Positions 28,026 through 37,387 of a stretch of 64,000 bases of DNA are shown here, in pieces; position 1 is the first letter of the stretch; every line of letters begins with the position of its first letter. Below the pieces are notes generated by a model, which was not told the origin of the DNA, did no database searches, and saw nothing but the letters and a program-made list of their open reading frames with translations. The stretch is from an uncultured Spirochaetota bacterium (GTDB lineage Bacteria; Spirochaetota; B62-G9; DRHN01), in NCBI GenBank assembly GCA_964525675.1, contig CAZGJW010000002.1:7093-71092 (forward strand), read 5' to 3'. Position numbers and translations under genes: made by a program.

Positions 28026-28715
28026 TCATTCTCCAATAATGCCTGGTCTGAGCCGCGTGATCGGCCTGGTGAGGTAGATAAATGGGGTGTCGAGCGCGGC
28101 GACGATTACCTTCAGTATATATGTGGAGAGCATGATACCGAGCACGACTTTTGTTTCATAAACACCTGCAAAGGCAGCGGTGCAGAAAATAAGGGTGTCC
28201 ACCGCCTGGGATGTCCAGGTGGAGCCGTTGTTCCTCAGCCAGAGCTGCCTTGGAAACCGCCGCCTGATCAGCTCATAGCTCAAAACATCCAGGTTCTGTG
28301 AAACGATATACGCAGCCATCGATGCCGCTATAATCCTCCACATAGGGGTGAAGAGCTGTTCCATCGGCTTGTGGTAGAGGTCCCAGCTTGCAGGTTCAAA
28401 GAGAAGGATGAAGCGGGATGAAATAAGGAACAGAAGAGATATGAAAAACCCCAGCAATACCGCCTGCCGGGCCTCCTTCGGCCCGTAGTACTCGCACAGA
28501 ATGTCCGTACCCAGAAAAATCGATGCATACAAAACATTTCCGCCGGTGGCGTCGATACCGAAAAGAACCATACCCTTCAGCACGAAGAGGTTCATCATAA
28601 TGACGTTGGCGGCGATGATTGCAACAATTCCGATCCTTCCCCAGATAGTGAACGCACTGAGCAGGAGGATGAGGTCTGTTATAATCCACGCAAGGTAAAT
28701 GAGATTGTTGTACAT
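28026..28715 (-). CDS. yhhQ: queuosine-precursor transporter (YhhQ/DUF165, VUT family)
   Basis: It is a 229-aa polytopic protein with ...GGNVLYASIFLGTDILCEYYG...RNNGSTWTSQAVDTLIF..., typical of YhhQ. Confidence 0.75.
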   Translation of the reverse strand: MYNNLIYLAWIITDLILLLSAFTIWGRIGIVAIIAANVIMMNLFVLKGMVLFGIDATGGNVLYASIFLGTDILCEYYGPKEARQAVLLGFFISLLFLISSRFILLFEPASWDLYHKPMEQLFTPMWRIIAASMAAYIVSQNLDVLSYELIRRRFPRQLWLRNNGSTWTSQAVDTLIFCTAAFAGVYETKVVLGIMLSTYILKVIVAALDTPFIYLTRPITRLRPGIIGE

Positions 28716-28926
28716 GCGGCCACCCTGACACGTGTGGTGTCAGGAACACAGTACCACAAATATCGTGGAAAAGCTACCGTTAAAAGCGGTGTATGTCCCT
28801 GCTGGAGCCGAATATCAACAGGTAACTTATTTAAAATTATCCCTGCCGTTTATACTAGCAACAGTTTTTATTGTAAAGAATGAAAACCTTCGTTTTTGCC
28901 CGCAATATCCGGGAACAGAACGCTTC

Positions 28927-29916
28927 TTAGAACTGCAGCCTGGCGCCCCCTTCAAGCATGTAGTTGCTGTTCTTGAAGTTGTATCCTCCCTGCAGGGTAA
29001 CGGCGAGCATCAGGATTTTCACCTCCAAACCGCCGAACAGTGTTGTATCGAATCCTTCAGGCTTTGCTTCCGTGCTGATCACGAGCTGCTTATTTGTAAA
29101 GTCTTCAACATAGGGGTCATACATGGAATCGGTGAGCTCGAGAGTCGTGCTTCCGGAAAGATCGGTTGTGGCCTTGCCGAATGTCTTGCTGAACCGTGCG
29201 CCCCCGAACAGGTTGATAAAGAGTATTTGAAAATTTATCTGGCCCTCTCCGCCAACGGTAAAGCCTTTCCAGTTCGTTTCAAACCCGGTTTCTGTAATGA
29301 GATTTGCAACCTGCGTCGAACCGAGTTCGGGAACATCCACGAAAACCGGTATCGAATCCCGTCCCAGCATGGTTACGTTTCCGTTGATATATTCGAAGAA
29401 ACCGCCGAAAGATGCGCCGGTCCTCAAAAGCATCAGCACCCTTTTATCCCAGAGCTCGTAGCGCAGCTTTCCGCCGATAATCATGTTGTTGAGCTGAACA
29501 CCGGCGTCCTTGTCCTCGATCTTGGGAAATCCGGCAAGTTTGCCGCCTACTTCGAAGCGCTTGATCTTGAATTTTGCATGTACTCCAATGGCGGGAACGG
29601 GGATGTATGAAAGTCCCTCGAAATCGTACTGAAGGCTCGTGCCGAGGGCGATATTTTCGGTCGGTACGAATGAGGCTCCGCCTGCAATACCTACTTCGAT
29701 ATGTTTGATCGTCGAATAGCCGACCGGATCGCCTAAAAATGTCATTGCGCCAAGGTTCGGCCCGAAGATGCTGCTGAGACCCTGCGATATTGCGGTCAGA
29801 TCCGACTCAACAGCGCCAAGGTCATATGGCTGTGGCTTTTGGGCGAATACGAATGTCCCGGGTAAAACAAGAACTGTTACGCATATAACTGTTATCAGTA
29901 TTTTTTTCCTGTTCAT
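28927..29916 (-). CDS. predicted outer-membrane beta-barrel protein (no named family recognised)
   Basis: It has the signal peptide MNRKKILITVICVTVLVLPGTFVFAQ, alternating beta-strand patterns and a C-terminal ...GGARLQF. ATG 29916 follows GGAAGGAGAAG. Confidence 0.6.
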   Translation of the reverse strand: MNRKKILITVICVTVLVLPGTFVFAQKPQPYDLGAVESDLTAISQGLSSIFGPNLGAMTFLGDPVGYSTIKHIEVGIAGGASFVPTENIALGTSLQYDFEGLSYIPVPAIGVHAKFKIKRFEVGGKLAGFPKIEDKDAGVQLNNMIIGGKLRYELWDKRVLMLLRTGASFGGFFEYINGNVTMLGRDSIPVFVDVPELGSTQVANLITETGFETNWKGFTVGGEGQINFQILFINLFGGARFSKTFGKATTDLSGSTTLELTDSMYDPYVEDFTNKQLVISTEAKPEGFDTTLFGGLEVKILMLAVTLQGGYNFKNSNYMLEGGARLQF

Positions 29917-30090
29917 AACTTCTCCTTCCACGAGTATCTTTATGAATTTGCAAAATATTTGTTTTGCAACCTGCTGTTTTTTGTATATAGTGAAATTTTA
30001 ATACACTCTGGTTCGAATTTCCACTCTACTTTATGAATATAACGCACAGTACCAATTTTATCAGGAAAATCATCGCAGATTATAAGCTGG

Positions 30091-32127
30091 TCAGGAAATC
30101 GGCGCAAAATAGCGGAATTCCATGGTAAACCACGCCCGCCCCTGGCTCATCGATCGGAGGTCCGTCGTATAGCCGAACATCTTCGAAAGCGGGGCTACAG
30201 CATCGATCTTTTCGACAGCCTGGCGGCTCAGTATATTGTTGATCTGCCCGCCCCGGGCGTTGAGATCGCCGATTATATCCCCGACGAAATCTTTCGGAGT
30301 GGTAACCTCTATCGACATGTAGGGTTCAAGCAGCACGCCTCCCGCTTTTTCACACGCCTCATCAAAAGCATCGGCAGCGGCAGCGCTATAGCCGATCTCG
30401 GAGGAGCTCGACTGGTTGAACGAGCCTCCTTCAAGAACGGCATGTATATCTATCATTGGATAACCGGCGACAGTCCCCCGCTCCATGGCGTTGAAGACCG
30501 CCTCTTCAATGGTATCGATAAACATGCGCGGGATCTGGGTTTCCGGAGCACTGTTTTCGAACTTGTTTCCTGCACCCCGTTCGAGCGGGTGCACAGAGAT
30601 TATAACGTGACCGGTGTGGTCCTTTCCGGCGATCTGGCGGTGAAATTGCGCTTCTGCCCGTGACTCGCCGGTAATTGTTTCCCTGTAGGCAACCTGCGGT
30701 TTCCCCACATTTGCCTCAACACCGAACTCCCTGATCATTCTCTGGGTGAGCACCTCGAGGTGCAGCTCCCCCATACCGGAAATGATTTTTTGCCCCGTAT
30801 CTTCATCCGTTCTTACGGCAAAGGTCGGGTCCTCGCGGGACAGCTTTTCAAGGGCGTTTTCGAGTTTAGCCTGACTCCCCGCATTTTTCGGCTCTATGGC
30901 GATTGATATAACAGGGTCGGGAAATACCGGTCGTTCGAGCAGAATTTGCTTGCCTTCACTGCACAGCGTATCTCCGGTCTGAGTCACTTTGAAGCCGACG
31001 ATGACACCGATGTCTCCTGCAGAAATGTTTTCGGTGTTGACCCGCCTGTTGGAATACATACGTATTATTCGGTTGGCCCGCTCCCGCTTTTTTTTATTTA
31101 CATTGTACACGGTGTTGCCGTTTTGTATCTTTCCTGAATAAACGCGTATGTAGGTGAGTATTCCCGCCTGGCTGTCGTTATACAGCTTGAAAGCAAGAGC
31201 TGCAAGCGGCTCCTTTTCGCTCGAATGCCGAATTTCCGGGCTGCCGGTTTTTGGATTTATTCCGTTTACCGGCGGTATCTCGAGGGGCGAGGGAAGAAAA
31301 TCAACAATGCCGTCCATAAGCGGCTGTACTCCCATGTTTCTAAGAGAGGAACCGCAATACACCGGCACGCCATGGTACGAGATTGCGGCGGATTTCAACA
31401 GCCTGAGTATGTCCTCTTCCTCCAGGTCCCCATTTTCAAGGTACTTTTCGAGGAGCTCGTCATCCTCTTCAGCAATTTTTTCGAGCAGTTCATGCCTCCT
31501 CTTCGCTGCATCGTTTTTTAAATAATCGGGAATTTCTCCATATTCACAGGTCTCTCCGTATTCCCCGGACCACCGTATCGACTGCATTCTGACGAGGTCC
31601 ACCACACCTTCAAAGTTGTCTTCGGCACCGATCGGCATCTGGAGCACAAGCGGATTCGAGCCGAGCTTCGTTTCGAGCATTCGTACGCTTTCACTGAAGT
31701 TTGCACCGATGCGGTCCATTTTATTGATATATGCAAGCCGCGGGATGTTGTAGCTGTCTGCCTGATGCCAGACTGTCTCACTCTGCGGTTCAACGCCCTG
31801 AACCGCATCGAAAATAACCACCGCGCCGTCGAGCACACGCAGAGAGCGTTCGACCTCCACGGTAAAATCAACATGGCCGGGCGTATCGATTATGTTGATG
31901 GCGCAACCGCGCCAGTGGCAGGTTATGGATGCAGCGGTAATTGTTATACCGCGCTGCTGCTCCTGCTCCATCCAGTCCATCGTCGCCTGGCCGTTATCGA
32001 CCTCCCCGATTTTGTGTGAGAGGCCGCTGTAGTACAGAATCCGTTCGGTTGTCGTGGTCTTTCCAGCATCTATGTGCGCAATAATGCCGATGTTTCTAAG
32101 CTCTTCTATTTTTACGGTTTCAGGCAT
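30091..32127 (-). CDS. elongation factor G paralog (EF-G2-like, 678 aa)
   Basis: It carries [21 protein letters not shown] and [16 protein letters not shown]. Confidence 0.9.
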   Translation of the reverse strand: MPETVKIEELRNIGIIAHIDAGKTTTTERILYYSGLSHKIGEVDNGQATMDWMEQEQQRGITITAASITCHWRGCAINIIDTPGHVDFTVEVERSLRVLDGAVVIFDAVQGVEPQSETVWHQADSYNIPRLAYINKMDRIGANFSESVRMLETKLGSNPLVLQMPIGAEDNFEGVVDLVRMQSIRWSGEYGETCEYGEIPDYLKNDAAKRRHELLEKIAEEDDELLEKYLENGDLEEEDILRLLKSAAISYHGVPVYCGSSLRNMGVQPLMDGIVDFLPSPLEIPPVNGINPKTGSPEIRHSSEKEPLAALAFKLYNDSQAGILTYIRVYSGKIQNGNTVYNVNKKKRERANRIIRMYSNRRVNTENISAGDIGVIVGFKVTQTGDTLCSEGKQILLERPVFPDPVISIAIEPKNAGSQAKLENALEKLSREDPTFAVRTDEDTGQKIISGMGELHLEVLTQRMIREFGVEANVGKPQVAYRETITGESRAEAQFHRQIAGKDHTGHVIISVHPLERGAGNKFENSAPETQIPRMFIDTIEEAVFNAMERGTVAGYPMIDIHAVLEGGSFNQSSSSEIGYSAAAADAFDEACEKAGGVLLEPYMSIEVTTPKDFVGDIIGDLNARGGQINNILSRQAVEKIDAVAPLSKMFGYTTDLRSMSQGRAWFTMEFRYFAPIS

Positions 32128-33235
32128 TTTTACACTCGGTCAGAACCCGGTTGTATACCTCGGAGTATACCGTAGAACTTCCGCTGTACAGGTGTTCTTC
32201 GATCACTCCTTCGATTTCAGGGTTAATCCACTTAATATACCCGTGATCTTTTTTGAAAACAATGGATTTGAGGGATTGTTCCAGCCCGTTTACTTCATAG
32301 GCCGCATTGCGATACCGGGCTGCTTCAAGGTTTTCTTCAAGAAGCTCATAGAGATATGAAATATTGAATAGGTGTTCACTGACAATGTCGGAAGAGTATT
32401 TCCGGTCGAGGGGACCCCGGTGCATCCGGGGAATACGCATGGGAATACTTTCATTTTTAAAAAGCTGTATAAGAAAATTTTTGACCCATCTGTACCGTAA
32501 TGTGAGCAAATGCGGGTCGGAGAGGATTTTTGAAGTCTCTGTCCATTTGGGGTTATTGAAAAATGCGGAGGTCGGGCTATAACCGGAAAAGAGCACCCAC
32601 TGCGCACCGCTTTGTTTTGTAGTTCTCACCAATGACGCGAGATTTTCTTCATCGTCATTGACGAGTGGAATAATCGGAATAATTGCAATGCCTGCAGGGA
32701 TGCCTTCGCTGTTTAGTATTTTTATTGATTCGAGCCGCCGTTCTGGTGACGGCACTCCCTCTTCGAGCCGGGAGGAGAGGGCACTGTTTTTTGTTAAAAT
32801 TGTGCAGGTAATCCTGATTCTATCCTTTTCAGCGAATTTCTTGAGGAGTTCGATATCCTGCAGCAGGGCGTCTGATTTGGTCTGAATATTGACTGCGTAG
32901 CCCCCCCTGTAGAGAACCTTCAGTATATCCGTTATGTTCTTATTCAAGGAGGGATCGGGATGGTAAATGTCGCTGAGTAAACCAAGCCCGACCGTCTGAT
33001 TTCTTTCAGGAAGTTCGTATGAAAACACAAGGCCCTTCTCCCTGGGTGTTCTCCTCGTATTACAGTAACTGCACTGATATGGACATTCGCTATATATATC
33101 GATGAAGTATTTTGTCCAGTACCAGTAGTCAATTTTCCCCAGACCGATAACGGCGGGTGATAGGGCGGCAATTTTTTTTTGCACAATTTCCTCCACAAAA
33201 ATCCGCTTTTCTCTTATAATTTTCGAAGTAATCAA
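32120..33235 (-). CDS. radical SAM protein (SplB / DNA-photolyase-like group)
   Basis: It has the CPYQCSYC (CX3CX2C) motif near the N-terminus. Its stop overlaps the EF-G start by 8 nt. The start codon (TTG 33235) is uncertain. Confidence 0.7.
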   Translation of the reverse strand: MITSKIIREKRIFVEEIVQKKIAALSPAVIGLGKIDYWYWTKYFIDIYSECPYQCSYCNTRRTPREKGLVFSYELPERNQTVGLGLLSDIYHPDPSLNKNITDILKVLYRGGYAVNIQTKSDALLQDIELLKKFAEKDRIRITCTILTKNSALSSRLEEGVPSPERRLESIKILNSEGIPAGIAIIPIIPLVNDDEENLASLVRTTKQSGAQWVLFSGYSPTSAFFNNPKWTETSKILSDPHLLTLRYRWVKNFLIQLFKNESIPMRIPRMHRGPLDRKYSSDIVSEHLFNISYLYELLEENLEAARYRNAAYEVNGLEQSLKSIVFKKDHGYIKWINPEIEGVIEEHLYSGSSTVYSEVYNRVLTECKNA

Positions 33236-33316
33236 TACGAACTTAAGAAAAAAGCTCGCAGAGCCGGCTTTAAAATACGTGCCGGTTTCACGTGTTTCGG
33301 AAAGGAACGGACTGTC

Positions 33317-34891
33317 ATGAAGATTCTGTATGGTGTTCCAATATACACAATGGACAGCAAACGAGGTATCGAAGAGTCAATTGTCATCAGTGACGGCGTG
33401 ATTAAGTTTACCGGAGATTTTGATGTAGCCCGTCGGTTGTACCCGAGAGCTGAAAAGGTAAACCTGCAGTTCGGATGCATTCTCCCGGGTTTTATCGATG
33501 CGCATCTGCACCTGAAGAAATATTCACTTCTATACAGAGAGCTCGATTTGACTGAGGCGTCAGCGCAAAACGAGCTTTTCGAAAAACTAAAGGCATGTGT
33601 CGCCTCTAAAAAGGAGAATCAGTGGATAGCCGGCGCAGGTGCGGATTTCACACTTTTACATGGAATGTCGAAGAAAGAGCTTGATCCCATCGCCCCTAAC
33701 AATCCTATTATTCTGTACAGTAAGGACCTGCACACCGCAATTGTGAACACACGGGCTCTGCAGATCGCCCAGGTTGACACACACCGCGCAGATCCTCTCG
33801 GCGGTATCATAGAGAGGGATGAATCGGGGTTTCCTACCGGTATTTTGAGAGAGCGGGCGATTGAGCTGGTAAAGAAAATCATACCCCAGGAAAAAACACG
33901 AAAAGTCGATGAAGCTCTTGAAGGGGGTATACACAGGCTCATGTCAAACGGGATCACCTCTCTGTGTGACTGTTCGGTATATGCACCGGAATCCTCCATA
34001 ACGAGCATTATGAAAATTTGGAGGAAGGGAAAGATGAAAGTGCGTGCGGTCCTCATGTTCGGTGACCGAGAGGCTTTTCGGTTGGGCAATCTCGGTATCC
34101 CGTCGCAGTTCGGAAACGACAGTGTTATACTCGGCGGGTGCAAGGTTATTTTAGACGGCTCGCTTTCCTCTGAGACAGCGTATATGAGCCGACCATACGC
34201 AGGAAAAACCAGCAGCGGGATGCTGCTTATGAACGAAACCGAGCTTTATGAAGTGCTGAAGCGGGCCCATTCGCACTACATAGGGACTGCGGTACATGCT
34301 ATAGGGGACCGTGCAAATCAGGTTGCGCTCAACGTATATGAGAAATTAAAGAAAGAGGTTGGAATCCCTGCGGTAATCAGGCGGATAGAGCATGCCCAGA
34401 TACTGCGGGATGAAGATATCGGCAGATTCGCCTCAATCGGTGTAATACCGGTCGTCAATCCGGTTCACCTGCCGATGGACAGAGAGAAAGCGTTGAAGCT
34501 TCTCGGCCCCGATGCAAGGCTGCTTTACAGGCTGGGAAGCCTTCTGTCTGCAGGTGCGGTGCTTGCATTCGGTTCCGATGCGCCGGTTGCACCGGTGAAC
34601 CCCCTTCATGGAATCTATGCAGCGGCGGAGCGAAAAAATTTCACCGACGGACCCCAGCTTCGATTCTTTCCAAAGGAGAAAATATCACTCGAAGATGCCG
34701 TATATGCATACACGATGGGCAGCGCAATATCCATGGGTCTCGAAAATAGAATCGGCAGTCTGGAAATCGGGAAGCTTGCAGATCTCGTTTATCTTTCAAA
34801 GGATATACTGAAGGAAGGCGCCGAATCGCTGCATGACGCGGTCGTGCTGCAGACGATTATCGGCGGTGAAACGGTCTTTGAGAAAAGCTGA
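33317..34891 (+). CDS. amidohydrolase family (YtcJ-like, Amidohydro_3) metal-dependent hydrolase
   Basis: MKILYGVPIYTMD...GFIDAHLHL (HxH) and the later VHAIGD and IEHAQ are present. ATG 33317 is preferred over the upstream-extended ORF. Confidence 0.8.
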   Translation: MKILYGVPIYTMDSKRGIEESIVISDGVIKFTGDFDVARRLYPRAEKVNLQFGCILPGFIDAHLHLKKYSLLYRELDLTEASAQNELFEKLKACVASKKENQWIAGAGADFTLLHGMSKKELDPIAPNNPIILYSKDLHTAIVNTRALQIAQVDTHRADPLGGIIERDESGFPTGILRERAIELVKKIIPQEKTRKVDEALEGGIHRLMSNGITSLCDCSVYAPESSITSIMKIWRKGKMKVRAVLMFGDREAFRLGNLGIPSQFGNDSVILGGCKVILDGSLSSETAYMSRPYAGKTSSGMLLMNETELYEVLKRAHSHYIGTAVHAIGDRANQVALNVYEKLKKEVGIPAVIRRIEHAQILRDEDIGRFASIGVIPVVNPVHLPMDREKALKLLGPDARLLYRLGSLLSAGAVLAFGSDAPVAPVNPLHGIYAAAERKNFTDGPQLRFFPKEKISLEDAVYAYTMGSAISMGLENRIGSLEIGKLADLVYLSKDILKEGAESLHDAVVLQTIIGGETVFEKS

Positions 34892-35091
34892 GAGAAATCT
34901 TGCCGGGGATTTTATGACGGACAGGTTAAATCTGAAGAAGATTTGAGAGAGGCTTTAACACGATATCACTGAAGCGGCGAGGTTTTCCGCGTTTTTATTA
35001 TAGCTGTAAAATAGTATTGACAAAGTATTAAAGACTGTGTAGTTTTATTCATCCTTTTTTGGAAATATGTATCTTTGTAAGGAGTTTGTTA

Positions 35092-35292
35092 GTGCCAGAA
35101 GGAAAAGTAAAATGGTTTAACGAGAAGAAGGGTTTTGGTTTCATCAGCATGGATGATGGAAGCGATGTTTTCGTCCATTATTCGGAAATCGATATGGAAG
35201 GATTCAAAACGCTTGTTCAGGATCAGCCTGTGGTATTTGAGATCAAGGAAGGCCCGAAGGGGCCTCAGGCAATTAATGTTAGATCCAAATAA
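35092..35292 (+). CDS. cspA: cold-shock protein (CSD)
   Basis: [15 protein letters not shown] (RNP1) and DVFVHYS (RNP2) are present. GTG 35092 follows AGGAG. Confidence 0.9.
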   Translation: MPEGKVKWFNEKKGFGFISMDDGSDVFVHYSEIDMEGFKTLVQDQPVVFEIKEGPKGPQAINVRSK

Positions 35293-35560
35293 GCTGTTCT
35301 GGTAATGCCTCGTTCGACGGTTCCTGCAACTTTTGCGTTCCGTCCAGGTATTGAAACTTTAGTCTGCAGGAATCACTCTTCAGTCTGCATCGGGTGAAGG
35401 GGATGCGATGTGCGTCGACCTGTTCACATGATGCGGATTCTTCCGGAAGCTCAGCTGTGCCCGTATCTGTTGACATCAGCAGCGCACAAGAATATATTCA
35501 GCTAGTGCTACAGCGAAACTTTACCATTTTATGGCAATCTAATAATAATAAAGGTAATAA

Positions 35561-35741
35561 ATAGGTAAGTAAACTTGTCAATTTTAGAAGTTGAAAATTA
35601 TCACTTACCTAATGGTTTTTACCAATAGTATGTAATATTATGGCAATGTAGTATAATTTAGTCATTTGTATTCGAAATTCTGGTACAAAAGGAAAAGATA
35701 TCACTTCGCTAGACCAGAATTCTAAATAGATAAAACCATAA
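35561..35741 (+). mobile_element. R1 repeat copy C (181 nt, subfamily 1, enlarged 3' hairpin loop)
   Basis: It runs ATAGGTAAGTAAACTT...GATAAAACCATAA. The TTCTGGT...ACCAGAA hairpin has a 28-nt loop. It lies between the inverted 18-mers at 35505-35522 and 35786-35803. Confidence 0.85.
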
Positions 35742-35820
35742 GCCTACAAACATGATAAAATGTACTTAAAATGACTTTTTAAGCAAAAGTTTCGCTGTAG
35801 TACTTGGTCGAGAGGGAAAT

Positions 35821-36828
35821 ATGAAGGAGAGATCATTTAGCGGTATTCAACCGTCGGGAGTCATACATATCGGTAATTATCTCGGCGCAATCAAAAACTG
35901 GGTTGAACTTATCGAAAATTATGAGTGCATCTTCTGTGTCGTCGATTACCACGCCATTACCATTGAGTATGAACCGCCGGAACTGAGAGAAAGGATTATC
36001 GAAGCGGCAAAAACACTTATCGCATCCGGTATAGATCCTGACCGGTGCACCCTGTTCGTTCAGTCGGAAGTTCCCGAGCATACTGAGCTGACATGGATTC
36101 TGAGTTCTATAGCAACGATTGCCGAGCTCGAGAGAATGACCCAATTCAAGGATAAGAAACTGCAGCATTCCGACAATATCAATACCGGCCTGCTAACCTA
36201 CCCGGTTTTAATGGCGAGTGACATCATTGTGTACAAGGCCCAGGTTGTACCTGTGGGTGACGACCAGCGTCAACACCTCGAACTTACCCGGGAGATTGTA
36301 CGGCGGTTCAACGGTAAGTTCGGCGACACTTTCCCGGAACCGAAAACTCTTTTGGGAGAGGCTCCCCGCATCAAGGGGCTGGACGGCAGCGCGAAGATGA
36401 GCAAGAGCCTCAATAACTATATTGCGCTTATTGAGGAAGAGGATGTTCTGTGGGAAAAGCTGAGAACAGCGGTTACCGATCCCGCGCGAATCAGGCGATC
36501 AGACCCGGGCGACCCACACATCTGTAATATATTTTCCCTGCATCGGTATTTCTCAACAGATGAGGAGATCGGTTACATCGAGAAGGGATGTAAAACGGCG
36601 GGGATCGGATGCATTGAATGCAAGAAAATACTTGCAAAAAATATTAACAACATAATTGCTCCAATAAGGGAAAAGAAGAAGGAGCTTGACAGAAATACCA
36701 CATATGTGCTGGATGTGCTTGAGGAGGGACGGAAGCACTGCAGCTCGATCGCATGTAATACCATGAACGAAGTAAGGGAAAAAATCGGGGTGAATTTCCG
36801 CCGGGATCTTCTCAGTAACCTAAAATAA
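35821..36828 (+). CDS. trpS: tryptophan--tRNA ligase
   Basis: It has the HIGH-type HIGNYLGA, KMSKS and a typical class-I TrpRS layout. Length is 335 aa. Confidence 0.95.
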   Translation: MKERSFSGIQPSGVIHIGNYLGAIKNWVELIENYECIFCVVDYHAITIEYEPPELRERIIEAAKTLIASGIDPDRCTLFVQSEVPEHTELTWILSSIATIAELERMTQFKDKKLQHSDNINTGLLTYPVLMASDIIVYKAQVVPVGDDQRQHLELTREIVRRFNGKFGDTFPEPKTLLGEAPRIKGLDGSAKMSKSLNNYIALIEEEDVLWEKLRTAVTDPARIRRSDPGDPHICNIFSLHRYFSTDEEIGYIEKGCKTAGIGCIECKKILAKNINNIIAPIREKKKELDRNTTYVLDVLEEGRKHCSSIACNTMNEVREKIGVNFRRDLLSNLK

Positions 36829-36933
36829 ATTATCTTTGATACCCAGTCCTGCCAAGGATCGGTCCCAAGGGGACGTAATCCGCCGCGAAGTGGTTTTTCC
36901 CAGGGGGACTTTCCCCAGGGGGACATACGCCAC
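36808..36933 (+). repeat. R2 repeat, copy a (overlaps the last 7 codons of trpS)
   Basis: CTTCTCAGTAACCTAAAATAAATTATCTTTGATACCCAGTCC...CCCAGGGGGAC x2...GGGACATACGCCAC is homologous, with indels, to 49020-49159. Confidence 0.75.
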
Positions 36934-37028
36934 CTCTGAAGGGCTGATACTCTTAAAAAATACTTTTTATTTAACGGATAAAGTAGTACTATAGCACTAC
37001 ATTCGCAGAAGAGAGGGGGTGAGACTAC

Positions 37029-37244
37029 GTGGCGGTTGTGAAAGTTGAAGAAGGTGAAAGTATCGACAGGGCGTTGAAGCGGTTCAAACGCGAGTGTGAG
37101 AGAGACGGTATCCTTCGCGAATGGAAGAGGCGGGCCTATTACGAAAAACCTGCTGTTCAGAGAAAGAATAAAAAGAAGGCTGCCGAGAGAAGACGATTAA
37201 AAAAGATGAGAAAAATGCAGATAAGGTCACACCGGAGGTATTAA
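37029..37244 (+). CDS. rpsU: 30S ribosomal protein S21
   Basis: (M)AVVKVEEGESIDRALKRFKRECERDGILRE...KKKAAERRRLKK is present. It has a GTG start after GAGGGGG. Confidence 0.9.
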   Translation: MAVVKVEEGESIDRALKRFKRECERDGILREWKRRAYYEKPAVQRKNKKKAAERRRLKKMRKMQIRSHRRY

Positions 37245-37261
37245 ATCCAGTTTTCAAGGAT

Positions 37262-37297
37262 AAAAATCCCCTTATATTCAAAATAAGGGGATTTTTT
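37262..37297 (+). terminator. Rho-independent terminator after rpsU
   Basis: It has a 10-bp stem ATCCCCTTAT/ATAAGGGGAT, a 7-nt loop and a TTTTTT tract. The flanking A-run makes it potentially bidirectional. Confidence 0.85.
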
Positions 37298-37326
37298 ATG
37301 CACCAAGCGGAAGAACATGTTATAAC

Positions 37327-37367
37327 ATAGGCAAGCGAGCTTGCAAACATAAAGGGTTTAAACCAAA
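37327..37367 (+). repeat. R1 truncated copy F (5' hairpin module only)
   Basis: ATAGGCAAGCGAGCTTGCAAACATAAAGGGTTTAAACCAA aligns to the first ~40 nt of copies B and D. It lacks the CACTTGCCTAATGG arm and everything 3' of it. Confidence 0.6.
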
Positions 37368-37387
37368 TAAATATTTCAGTAGGGTAT

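Noticed and set aside
35742-35820. A T-box leader upstream of trpS was considered.
   Set aside because: No specifier-loop or T-box (AGGGUGGNACCGCG-like) sequence is present. The spacer is occupied by R1 copy C and its outer inverted repeat.
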